Shown here in pieces: positions 26,724 through 35,377 of a stretch of DNA of 64,000 nt. The position numbers and the translations under genes are program-made. Position 1 is the first letter of the stretch, and each line of letters starts with the position of its first letter. The notes under the pieces are model-generated. The model ran no database searches. It was not told the origin of the DNA and saw nothing but the letters and a program-made list of their open reading frames with translations. Source of the stretch: a virus; IMG/VR virus record IMGVR_UViG_3300045988_171964, one strand, 5' to 3'.

Positions 26724-28355
26724 ATGAAAGGTCTATACGAAATTCTGACCGAAAAGAAGTGGATGGTGAACCCCGATTTTGTGCATGGCATTCGCAAATC
26801 GATTGAGCAGAACCTAAATACTCATACAGTGTTTACCAAACCGGAAAAGACTTGTGGATTCGTCACTGCAGAGGATGAAAAAGGCAACACCTACTATCCG
26901 GAGGAATATCAGATTTCTGAGGATGGCAAGCAGGTGAAGGGTAACTATCAGCTCGACTATCCGGAAGAGGATGAGCGGGCGCAGAACTTCCCGTTCGTTT
27001 CGGTTCTCACTGTAGATGGTCCTATCACCCGGAATGGTGGATATTGCTCTTATGGTTCTATCGACCATCGTGATATGATGATGCGTGCAGCTGACCATCC
27101 GCTTTGTCGAGGTCATCTTTTTATCATTAATACTCCTGGCGGTTCGGCTTGGGCTAAGAACGATTACGCACTTGCCATCGACTATGCCCACTCCAAGGGT
27201 CAGAAGGTTATTGCTCTGGTAGATGGTATGTGTGCCAGTGCAGGTATGTATCTCGCTTCTCTTTGCGATGAGCGATATTACCTGAATCCGAAAGACCAGG
27301 TTGGTTGCATCGGCGTGATGGCTGCATTCTATACTTTGGCTAATGGCTCAAAGGATAAATACACGGATGAGACTTATCACGAGGAGTATGACCCAGAGTC
27401 ATTCGACAAGAATAAGGCTTACCGCGACATCGCCAACAAGAACGATAACAAGGAACTCGTAAAAGAGCTTGCCGAGTTGGGTGTGGAGTTCAGAGCTGAT
27501 GTAAAGAAAGCCTGTCCTAACGCTATTGAGGATGTTCACCTGAAAGGTAAGGTCTTCAATGCTGAAGACGTGAAGGGAATCCTTATGGACGACCAGAGTA
27601 CCTTTATGGTTTGCGTTCAGCGTTGTTTCGCTCTCTACAACGGCACAGCCGAGCCTATCAAACGAGAGGCTTCTATCCAAAAGCCGGAACCGGAAGACAA
27701 CGAGCCGGAGCAGGCATCAGCATCCACTGCACAAGAGAATCATCAACATACAAACACCAAAAATCAAATCAATATGGCAAATTATCCAAAGATCAACGCC
27801 GCTTGCGGTATGCAGGCTGGTCAGCAGATTGAGGTAAAGGAGGAAGGCGCATTTATGAATGCCCCATTGCTCGATACCCTCGAAGCTCATCTTACATCGC
27901 AGGAGCAGGCTGTGGCTGATGCCAAGCAGAAAGCCACCACAGTAGAGCAGAGTCTTGCTGACCTTCAGGCAAAGCACGACGCACTCGCTGAGACCATCGC
28001 CCAGAAGGACGAGGAAATCAAGAACCTGAAAGAGGCAAAGGCTAAGGCAGATGAGGACATCAAGGCCCTCAACGATGCCAAGGCAAAGGCTGATGAGGAG
28101 AAGGCAAAGGTAGATGAGGAGTTGAAGACCGCCCAGGCTTCACTCGCTACTGCCCAGCAGACCATCGCCGACAAAGATGCTCAGATTGCTGAGTTGAACG
28201 AGAACCCAGGTGAGGAGCCAGCACAGGGTGCTGCACCTCAGAACAACGGTGAAGGTGCAAAGGCTCAGAATCTCCGTGAGTTCGACCCATCGAAGTACAA
28301 AACCAATGCTGAGCGCAAGGCAGCTTACGAGCGCTTTATGCGTGGCGAGGAGTAA
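26724..28355 (+). CDS. prohead protease (S49/SppA-ClpP fold) fused to a coiled-coil scaffold region
   Basis: IINTPGGSAW...ALVDGMCASAGMYLASLCDERYYLNPKDQVGCIGVMA matches the S49 peptidase pattern. The C-terminal ~170 aa is a K/A/E/D-rich coiled coil. Confidence 0.8.
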   Translation: MKGLYEILTEKKWMVNPDFVHGIRKSIEQNLNTHTVFTKPEKTCGFVTAEDEKGNTYYPEEYQISEDGKQVKGNYQLDYPEEDERAQNFPFVSVLTVDGPITRNGGYCSYGSIDHRDMMMRAADHPLCRGHLFIINTPGGSAWAKNDYALAIDYAHSKGQKVIALVDGMCASAGMYLASLCDERYYLNPKDQVGCIGVMAAFYTLANGSKDKYTDETYHEEYDPESFDKNKAYRDIANKNDNKELVKELAELGVEFRADVKKACPNAIEDVHLKGKVFNAEDVKGILMDDQSTFMVCVQRCFALYNGTAEPIKREASIQKPEPEDNEPEQASASTAQENHQHTNTKNQINMANYPKINAACGMQAGQQIEVKEEGAFMNAPLLDTLEAHLTSQEQAVADAKQKATTVEQSLADLQAKHDALAETIAQKDEEIKNLKEAKAKADEDIKALNDAKAKADEEKAKVDEELKTAQASLATAQQTIADKDAQIAELNENPGEEPAQGAAPQNNGEGAKAQNLREFDPSKYKTNAERKAAYERFMRGEE

Positions 28356-28431
28356 GCCCTTCATCATCAGGATAACACTAAGTATTCAGGTTAAAACATT
28401 CTTATTCATTTTTTAATTAGTAATTGAAATT

Positions 28432-29733
28432 ATGGTAACACTTCCTAAAGATTTTATTGGCACTACTGCCTTGCAGCATGTAGCCGAGCAGGTAACTAAG
28501 GAAATCCTTATGGGTCCAGGTTACACCGATGCAGAGGAGATGGACCGCTTGGCTATCGACATCGTTTCTGGTGTTCAGTACAAGCGTACTATCCACATTC
28601 TGCTCCGTAAGGGCGGTACTACCCGCCGTAAGGACGTTCACACTAAGGTGAACAGCGAGGTAGGTTTCTTGAAGGAGCGCACAATTACAGTGAAACTCGC
28701 TTGGGACCATTATACAGATAACATCGACAAGTACTGCGAGACAGTATTTGGTACAGACGCACAGGGTCAGTACCCTCTCGCTACCGAGGCTGCTACTGCT
28801 ATCCTCGCCAACTATGCCGACAACTTGACCGCTTGCTTGTGGAATGGTGACATCGCTCTTGATAAGGGTGATGAGAGCACACCAGCTTCAGAGCAGGCTA
28901 TGGCTCTCTATGATGGTTTCCATACCTGTATCAAGCACGACATCGAGGACGGTCTTATCAGCGAGGCTAACGGCAACTTGATTCATTGTGAGTCAATTGA
29001 CAAGCCTTCTAGCAACGAGGACTCTACTCCTTACGATAACTTCTTGGATTGGCACCTGAAGTGGGATGCCCGTCTGCGCAAGCAGAACGTTCTCGTTTAC
29101 ATGAGCGAGTTGACAGCTCAGTACATCGCTGCAGGTTACGCTAACAAGTTCCACGGCAACTTCAAGGTTGAGTACGAGAACGGCGGTAACTTCAAGCTTC
29201 CAGGTCTTTCTCGTGTAACTCTCTGCCCTATCGCAGATTTCGGTGAGGGTGATCGTATGTACGTTACCATCCCTAAGAACTTCGTTTACGCAGTTGACTC
29301 TGAGGGTAACAAGACTTACGTAGGCGTTAAGGTAGGCACTGACGACGATATGCGCGACATCCAGTTCCAGATTCAGTCAATCCAGGGTGCAGGTGTCCGC
29401 AATCCGTTCAAGTACGCCTTTGCGATGTCAGATGGTGACCTTGCAGCTGCCGAGTATGTAGCTGGTGACTATACCAACTCTAACCTCGTAGTAACAACCG
29501 CAATGGAGGATGCTTCTACGGTTACAGATGGTAAGGTAAAGGTAAACGGCGCAGCTTATACTGCCCCAGTAGCTACAACCGCTAACCAGGTTATCACCTT
29601 GGAGGCAGAGGACGGCACAACCGATACCTTCTCTTACTGGAGCTTCGGCAACAAGAAGATTACGGATAAGAAGATTCAGCTTGCTGCCACCGGCACAAGC
29701 ATGGGTGTCACCGCCTTCTTCAAGAAGGGTTAG
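28432..29733 (+). CDS. major capsid protein (putative)
   Basis: 433 aa, directly downstream of the protease-scaffold gene, with strongly biased codon usage. Called by position only; no diagnostic motif. Confidence 0.6.
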   Translation: MVTLPKDFIGTTALQHVAEQVTKEILMGPGYTDAEEMDRLAIDIVSGVQYKRTIHILLRKGGTTRRKDVHTKVNSEVGFLKERTITVKLAWDHYTDNIDKYCETVFGTDAQGQYPLATEAATAILANYADNLTACLWNGDIALDKGDESTPASEQAMALYDGFHTCIKHDIEDGLISEANGNLIHCESIDKPSSNEDSTPYDNFLDWHLKWDARLRKQNVLVYMSELTAQYIAAGYANKFHGNFKVEYENGGNFKLPGLSRVTLCPIADFGEGDRMYVTIPKNFVYAVDSEGNKTYVGVKVGTDDDMRDIQFQIQSIQGAGVRNPFKYAFAMSDGDLAAAEYVAGDYTNSNLVVTTAMEDASTVTDGKVKVNGAAYTAPVATTANQVITLEAEDGTTDTFSYWSFGNKKITDKKIQLAATGTSMGVTAFFKKG

Positions 29734-29735
29734 CC

Positions 29736-29775
29736 CTCTCCTGCCCCCGTCCCCAGTGATTCCATCGCTGGTCCA
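29736..29775 (+). repeat. Motif-A hairpin copy A5
   Basis: CTCTCCTGCCCCCGTCCCCAGTGATTCCATCGCTGGTCCA. Confidence 0.85.
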
Positions 29776-29878
29776 ACCGGGAAAAGGCAGTCCTCTATAA
29801 ATCCTCGGCGGCGGTCGCCTGACCTGGCGGAATATGGCTTCCGCCGCCATTTCGTTTAATCATTAAAAAGATACAATT

Positions 29879-30457
29879 ATGATAGAAACTGTAACATGCC
29901 CAGAGATCAAGGATATTCTCTCCGAGAACGAATGTTTGGAGAACTACGGCGGTCTTGGCGTAAACGTATATGTCTTTATCAAGAGTGACCTTGCTGCTCC
30001 TCTTGCGCCAGAGGCAGGTAAGAATTCTTATGCAGCGTTGACGGCTGCATCCTTCAAGAAGGGTAAGGGTCTTTTCAAGTTCGAGTGTCAGGATGGCGGT
30101 CAGGGTCATACCTGGGAAAACTTGGGCTACAGAAAGGGCTTTAAGCAGACTTTGGACTACATTCTTGAGAGCGTAAATTCTGCTTCTGCGTATGTGGCTC
30201 GTGCTCTCAATAACCTCAAGTGTGGTTACATCATCGAGGATGGTGATAAATCAATCATCATTTACGACAAGCAGCACGATTTCAAGTACGACTCCGGTAA
30301 TATTAAGGGAGACACGGGCAAAAAACCAGAGGATGATCGTACAGTGACACTGAGCGGTTCCCTCAGTCCGACCATGTATGGCCGCTATGAGATTGCCACA
30401 CCAGAAGGTGGCTGGGATTCTCTCTGCAACGGTGTAGGCACATCGGGGGAAGTGTAA
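29879..30457 (+). CDS. hypothetical virion-module protein
   Basis: 192-aa ORF after the capsid gene. Confidence 0.45.
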   Translation: MIETVTCPEIKDILSENECLENYGGLGVNVYVFIKSDLAAPLAPEAGKNSYAALTAASFKKGKGLFKFECQDGGQGHTWENLGYRKGFKQTLDYILESVNSASAYVARALNNLKCGYIIEDGDKSIIIYDKQHDFKYDSGNIKGDTGKKPEDDRTVTLSGSLSPTMYGRYEIATPEGGWDSLCNGVGTSGEV

Positions 30458-30620
30458 GCGGAACTGACAAGAGCGATACCAATTCCGCTTCACAGCAGTC
30501 ATCTAAGCGGAGCAAGCAGGTATCATCTATCAATGATGAAACCTCTACGCCCGGCGAAAACGATGAATAATCGCTCCCCTATCCAATGATTTCCATTGGC
30601 AATTTACTCTATAAATCAAA

Positions 30621-30669
30621 GCCTCGGTATTAATCCTTAGTAAAATAAGGCAAGATACCGGGGCTTTTT
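30621..30669 (+). terminator. intrinsic terminator closing the capsid block
   Basis: GCCTCGGTAT...ATACCGGGGC stem followed by T5. Confidence 0.65.
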
Positions 30670-30764
30670 GCATTTAAAACTGCACATATCTTTCAGTTTT
30701 TAATATCTTATCCCATAATTAGATTTTTTTATGCAAAATGCGTTTACGCATAGAATATTTTTCT

Positions 30765-30772
30765 TATTTTTG
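30765..30772 (+). promoter_or_regulatory. -7 box TATTTTTG
   Basis: TAnnTTTG in an AT-rich spacer 49 nt upstream of the LysR start. Confidence 0.4.
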
Positions 30773-30820
30773 CAGCATAAAATTTTAATATATATAATGT
30801 ATTTTAAAGAGTAAGAGCTT

Positions 30821-31726
30821 ATGGAACTAAGACATTTACGTTCGTTTGCGTATGTGGCAGAGACGCTTTCTTTCAGCATCGCCGCCACCCGATGCTTTGT
30901 CACCCAATCCGCCATCAGTCAGCACATCAAGGCTCTGGAGGATGAACTGGGATGCAAGCTACTGATACGCACATCGCACAGCATCATGCTCACCGAGAAC
31001 GGAGAGGCACTTCTGCCACGTGCCAAGGAAATACTGAAGTTGGCGGAAGACTGCAAGGAGCATATCAATGCACTCAACAACTGCATGACCGGAGAACTGC
31101 GCATCGGTGTAGGTTCCTTTATCGCACCCTATATCCGTGTGGCTGCACTTATATTCATGGAGCGATACCCTAACGTAAGAGTGAATGCCGAATTTTCCAA
31201 GGCAACGAGCCTGAACCGCCTGTTGCGAGACCACATGCTGGATCTCGCTTTTACGATGAACGAAGCCTATACCAACGAGGGCATCGATAGCCAGCCTTGC
31301 ATCCCATTCAGTCTTTGTGCCATCATGAGAAACACACACCCTCTTGCCAGGAAAGATAAGGTAACATACTATGACCTGCTGAAGCACGGCATCATCATGC
31401 CCGATGTAGGCGAACGTGTTTTCAACACTTTTCAGCAATATTTGCAGAACGATCTCACCAAATTAAGCGTAAAGTGTATCGTCAGTGACCCAGACGAAGA
31501 CCTTGCCATCATAGAAGATACTCACCTGGTTACTTTTATGCCGAAGCTGTATCTGAAGAACCACCCTACCCTTATAGCTCGTCCTATCCATGGCATAGGA
31601 GAAGAACTGATGAGCAATGCCCACTGTATGAAGGATGTACCTATGAAGCGTTCTGCACAACTCTTCCTCGACATTATCAGGGACGAAGCCATCCCGTATA
31701 TCAAGGCTTTGGAAGAAACTATGTAG
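30821..31726 (+). CDS. LysR-family transcriptional regulator
   Basis: N-terminal HTH (LRHLRSFAYVAETLSFSIAATRCFVTQSAISQHIKALEDELGCKLLIR) and a C-terminal substrate-binding-type domain. 301 aa. Confidence 0.9.
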   Translation: MELRHLRSFAYVAETLSFSIAATRCFVTQSAISQHIKALEDELGCKLLIRTSHSIMLTENGEALLPRAKEILKLAEDCKEHINALNNCMTGELRIGVGSFIAPYIRVAALIFMERYPNVRVNAEFSKATSLNRLLRDHMLDLAFTMNEAYTNEGIDSQPCIPFSLCAIMRNTHPLARKDKVTYYDLLKHGIIMPDVGERVFNTFQQYLQNDLTKLSVKCIVSDPDEDLAIIEDTHLVTFMPKLYLKNHPTLIARPIHGIGEELMSNAHCMKDVPMKRSAQLFLDIIRDEAIPYIKALEETM

Positions 31727-31737
31727 TTTAGTACCAA

Positions 31738-31776
31738 AGTACATTTGTACTTATGTACTTCTGCACGTTTGTACTT
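31738..31776. promoter_or_regulatory. operator-like repeats TGTACTT x3 with palindrome AGTACA-TT-TGTACT
   Basis: Palindrome at 31738-31751. TGTACTT at 31746, 31754 and 31770. Lies between the LysR gene and the next promoter. Confidence 0.4.
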
Positions 31777-31865
31777 TTTCTTATCTGTCTATTAGTGTTC
31801 CTGCTTCATGATTTATCCGCAAGAACATCTAATGAAAATCACTTTTCTGTTTACTTCATTCATGT

Positions 31866-31873
31866 TACCTTTG
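31866..31873 (+). promoter_or_regulatory. -7 box TACCTTTG
   Basis: 42 nt upstream of the ORF start at 31915. Confidence 0.45.
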
Positions 31874-31914
31874 CATACGATTCCGATATTGGAAGAATTT
31901 AAACACAAAAAACT

Positions 31915-32427
31915 ATGCAGGTAAAAACGAATGATGGCAACTATGATGTTGCCAGCAAGGGATTGGGTAATACCGCCCTTGGACTTGGTATCGCAGGTTT
32001 GGCTACCAGTTTGCTGGGTGGCGGTGCATCCTTGTTTAACCTCGGTAGAGGTAACAATGGCATGACTGCCAATCCGAGTGATCCGGATGCACGCTTTGTA
32101 ACCAAGAGTGAGACCAACCTTATTCAGGAGAACTCTACATTGAAGACGGAACTTGCTATCCAGAAGAGTGAGAACTATACCGACAAGAAGATGATAGATG
32201 TTACTCAGTATCTTGACGGTAAGATTCGTCAGCTCGAAAACAAGGTAGATGCCAACAAGGATGCACAGCAGGCGGTCAACGCACAGCAGATGGCATATAA
32301 TGCCGCTGCCAACGCCAACATCGACGTGCTGAAATCGCAGGTGGCTTCACTCACGAGTGTTACCAAGCTGATGATTCCATCGGGCAATGTTTGTCAGATG
32401 GGATGCGGATGCGCTTGTAATCAGTAA
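31915..32427 (+). CDS. hypothetical membrane-anchored coiled-coil protein
   Basis: Gly-rich hydrophobic segment LGNTALGLGIAGLATSLLGGGASLF, then a coiled coil, then a Cys-rich tail CQMGCGCACNQ. Confidence 0.45.
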   Translation: MQVKTNDGNYDVASKGLGNTALGLGIAGLATSLLGGGASLFNLGRGNNGMTANPSDPDARFVTKSETNLIQENSTLKTELAIQKSENYTDKKMIDVTQYLDGKIRQLENKVDANKDAQQAVNAQQMAYNAAANANIDVLKSQVASLTSVTKLMIPSGNVCQMGCGCACNQ

Positions 32428-32457
32428 CCGTATTTTCGGATAAAAGGAAGAAACGAT

Positions 32458-32880
32458 ATGGATTACAAGAACTCGCAAATCCTGGCAGCGGTGGTGTCCG
32501 AATGGGCACGCCCTGCCATCTCTCAGATAGCGGCTGGCAATCTGATGCACTTGCCTATGCTCCAGTCTCTCCAGGCTACCATCGGCAGCATGGGACTGGT
32601 GAGTGGCAACTATTCTCTGCAAGCCGATATAGAACCGATGATTCAGCCTGTGGTCAATGCGCTTGTCACTCCGATGCTCGCCAAGTATTTCGGGAACATT
32701 CCCGAAGAGAGCATTCCGCAGATGGCGCACGATGTGGTAGAGCAGCTTCGCTACAAAGGACCGCTCTCTATCCTGGAGGGTGTGATAACCTTTGACGAGG
32801 AAGATCTTGACGAACTCGCCGACCTTCTTCAGAAGAACCTTCCGGTAGAGAAGACCCAGGGCTATCAGGTGAAACATTAA
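32458..32880 (+). CDS. hypothetical protein
   Basis: 140-aa ORF. Confidence 0.45.
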   Translation: MDYKNSQILAAVVSEWARPAISQIAAGNLMHLPMLQSLQATIGSMGLVSGNYSLQADIEPMIQPVVNALVTPMLAKYFGNIPEESIPQMAHDVVEQLRYKGPLSILEGVITFDEEDLDELADLLQKNLPVEKTQGYQVKH

Positions 32881-32921
32881 TGCGGCGGTGAAGTCGTCGC
32901 TCTATTAAAACAGAAAAGACT

Positions 32922-33344
32922 ATGAATAAAAGAACAATTCCAGCCTGCATCATGGCTACGCTTGCAGTAGGTGCAACCGCCACTGCTCCCTATTATGATG
33001 TAAATATCACGCAGCAGCTCTGTGCTCCTTCATGCGTGGACGAGACTCCGGTTTTCAACCCTCAGTTCTCTGTAAAGAGTATTGACAACGTGGGTACTTC
33101 GCAATATCTCATAACCATTCACGTAGAGGGTGTTATCAGTTACGTGCCTTGCAACTGTGGCTCCTGCTGCACCCGCTCGCAGGTAGTAAGTCAGGATTTC
33201 ACCATTCCTGTTTTCTCTGCTACGGCAATCACGAACGTTACCACATCTCTTGGCAGCGTGAAAAACCGTCTTGTCAAGGTAGCCTGCTGCTCCTGCAGCA
33301 AGACTTTCGTGTGCGATGCTCCGTTAACACTCACCATCGCATGA
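32922..33344 (+). CDS. hypothetical secreted Cys-rich protein
   Basis: Signal-peptide-like N-terminus MNKRTIPACIMATLAVGATATA, followed by 10 Cys after the predicted signal peptide. Confidence 0.45.
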   Translation: MNKRTIPACIMATLAVGATATAPYYDVNITQQLCAPSCVDETPVFNPQFSVKSIDNVGTSQYLITIHVEGVISYVPCNCGSCCTRSQVVSQDFTIPVFSATAITNVTTSLGSVKNRLVKVACCSCSKTFVCDAPLTLTIA

Positions 33345-33376
33345 CTATCCACCAACAAAAGGAAAGGTAAGAGACG

Positions 33377-33877
33377 ATGAAGTATATTCAGTTAATAGAT
33401 CAGGCCCGCGCTCACGGCGTGGCTACCGAGAAGAAGATGATGGAGGCGATGGAGCAGTTGAGCTGCGACCTCGCCTCCCTGGAGGAAACAAATCCGGAAT
33501 TGTACTGGTGCATCCTCCGTCACCAGCACGCAGTGTTCTATGATCGTCATTACAGCGAGAAAATGGCCAACCATGATGTCTGCCATCTTGTGTATAGCAA
33601 GAAAGGCGAGAATGGCGAATTGGTAGGAACCGGGGCACACTGGACCAAATCGCAGATAGTGAATGCCACCAAGGGCATGAAGTTCCATGATAAGGTGAAC
33701 GATTGGGATAAGTATGTTGCCTTCAATGCCATGTACGCTGACCTGTGCAGCGATATGACAGAAGATGAAATCATCAAGGCAGCTTATCTCTTCTACTTCC
33801 AGGATGCAGACTGGCAACCCGAAGAAGACGATTGTACCAAGATATGGGATTATATGTCTGCTCACGCTATGATGTAG
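33377..33877 (+). CDS. hypothetical protein
   Basis: 166-aa ORF. Confidence 0.45.
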   Translation: MKYIQLIDQARAHGVATEKKMMEAMEQLSCDLASLEETNPELYWCILRHQHAVFYDRHYSEKMANHDVCHLVYSKKGENGELVGTGAHWTKSQIVNATKGMKFHDKVNDWDKYVAFNAMYADLCSDMTEDEIIKAAYLFYFQDADWQPEEDDCTKIWDYMSAHAMM

Positions 33878-33998
33878 TTTGTTTTGAAATAGGTGATATG
33901 GATTTCGCACTAGCGAGTGCAAGTATTTAAAGTAAAAAGATTGGGATAACATTTTTTGAAGCCTCTTTGCGCCTACAAAAGCCGCAGGGAGGCTTTCT

Positions 33999-34034
33999 TT
34001 GTCCCCATCATCTTTTTAGCATTTGCTATCTTTG
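33999..34034 (+). promoter_or_regulatory. phage promoter, TTGTCCCCA-N19-TATCTTTG
   Basis: TTG at 33999 and the -7 box at 34027-34034. Gene start is at 34072. Confidence 0.6.
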
Positions 34035-34071
34035 CCATCAGAAGAAATAAAAACGATAAAACAGAAAAGAT

Positions 34072-34626
34072 ATGGCAAAGATTCAACCTCTTGCAGATTT
34101 CATCCTCTCCTTCGAGGGAGGTTACGTCAACCACCCCAATGACAAGGGCGGTCCTACCAACATGGGCGTAACATTGAAAACCTGGCAAACCCAAGGTTAC
34201 GACAAGAACAACGATGGCCGCATAGACGCAAAGGACGTGAAGCTTATCACCAAAGCCGATGCTATCTCCATCCTTCGCCGCTGTTACTGGAACCGATGGA
34301 AAGCCGATGACATCAAAGACCAAAGCATCGCCAACATCCTGGTAGATTGGGTCTGGTCTAGCGGCACACCAGGCGTAACCCTCGTGCAAGCCATGCTTGG
34401 CGTAAGAGCCGATGGTATCGTGGGCAACAAAACCCTCAAGGCGCTCAACGCCCAGTCCCCTAAGCAGTTCTTCGACCGCATCAAGGCTCGCCGCAAGCAA
34501 TATATAGCCGGCATCATCGCCAAGCACCCTAGCCAGCAAGTCTTCGAGGCAGGTTGGCTCCGTCGCCTCAATGCGATCAATTACGGCAGTCTCATCGCCA
34601 ATGGCGGCAAGAAAATAAGTTTTTAA
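34072..34626 (+). CDS. endolysin, GH108 lysozyme domain plus PG_binding_3-type domain
   Basis: ILSFEGGYVNHPNDKGGPTNMGVT is the GH108 N-terminal signature with the catalytic Glu. ILVDWVWSSG..GIVGNKTLKAL fits the peptidoglycan-binding region. Confidence 0.9.
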   Translation: MAKIQPLADFILSFEGGYVNHPNDKGGPTNMGVTLKTWQTQGYDKNNDGRIDAKDVKLITKADAISILRRCYWNRWKADDIKDQSIANILVDWVWSSGTPGVTLVQAMLGVRADGIVGNKTLKALNAQSPKQFFDRIKARRKQYIAGIIAKHPSQQVFEAGWLRRLNAINYGSLIANGGKKISF

Positions 34627-34647
34627 CAAATAAATAAAGTAAAAAAA

Positions 34648-35262
34648 ATGGCTTCTTACAATGGAAATGTTGACCTTTTGTCTCTGAATGGAGCAAAGGT
34701 CTTAGTAGGTATCGATGAGAAGAATGTAAAGCGTCCTTATGTTTGCATTCCTCTGGATGTAAACGAAATTCGAATAGAGACATATCAAAAAGATAATGTT
34801 AACAGACAGGTGGCTAAGTTGAGAGTTCACATCGAACCTTTTAAAGATTCGTACAAGAATAAGATTCGACAGAGTAATATCGAGCGTGGCGACACCGACA
34901 AAAGTGTGCCTACCCACGAAATGCAAATATCATTCTCCACCGAGTACGTCAAGGCAGTAGCCAAAGCATTCCCGAAACTCGTAGAACAGGTAAAGGAGTA
35001 TAGTAAGGAGAAAGACCCTGACATCGTAAATCAGGATTTCAACGACGAGAACTCTCACCTCTTCAAGGCAATCCGTACTCGCATGAATAAGCGCATCGCC
35101 AGCCTCTATCAGCCACAGACCGCTACCCAGCAGCAGACGTACCCACAGCAAGCCTACGGAGCCGCTGGCAACGCTACCGCCTATGTACCGCCAGCAGATG
35201 GAGGCAATGATTACTCTTCAATGCCAGGTTACGATGATCCGAACAGCGACCTGCCATTCTAA
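34648..35262 (+). CDS. putative single-stranded DNA-binding protein
   Basis: Q/P/G-rich flexible tail ending in the acidic tip DDPNSDLPF, like the bacterial SSB C-terminal D-D-D-(I/L)-P-F. The N-terminal fold was not recognised. Confidence 0.4.
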   Translation: MASYNGNVDLLSLNGAKVLVGIDEKNVKRPYVCIPLDVNEIRIETYQKDNVNRQVAKLRVHIEPFKDSYKNKIRQSNIERGDTDKSVPTHEMQISFSTEYVKAVAKAFPKLVEQVKEYSKEKDPDIVNQDFNDENSHLFKAIRTRMNKRIASLYQPQTATQQQTYPQQAYGAAGNATAYVPPADGGNDYSSMPGYDDPNSDLPF

Positions 35263-35270
35263 AGGTTTTA

Positions 35271-35364
35271 TTGAATGTTGAATGTTGAGTGTTGAATGTT
35301 GATTTAGGCTAGCGCCCTTGAGTCCGTGAGGCAACTCAACATTCAACATTCAACAATCAACATT
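35271..35364. repeat. Motif-B heptamer hairpin, full copy (B6)
   Basis: Arms of ~30 nt. Loop reads TTTAGGCTAGCGCCCTTGAGTCCGTGAGGCAA. Confidence 0.9.
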
Positions 35365-35377
35365 AAATTTAACGCTT

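Noticed and set aside
30439-30569. Possible -1 frameshift extension of ORF 29879-30457 at CGGGGGAAG into a 39-aa Ser/Thr/acidic tail ending at 30569.
   Set aside because: The heptamer is not a proper X XXY YYZ slippery site, since GAA cannot re-pair on GGA. No downstream stimulatory structure was seen, and the extension is low complexity. It is kept only as a note.
11823-34626. The ~22-kb separation of the holin (11823) and endolysin (34072) as a sign of mis-annotation.
   Set aside because: Both carry family-specific motifs and each has its own phage-type promoter. Dispersed lysis genes occur in phages, so this is noted but not treated as an anomaly.
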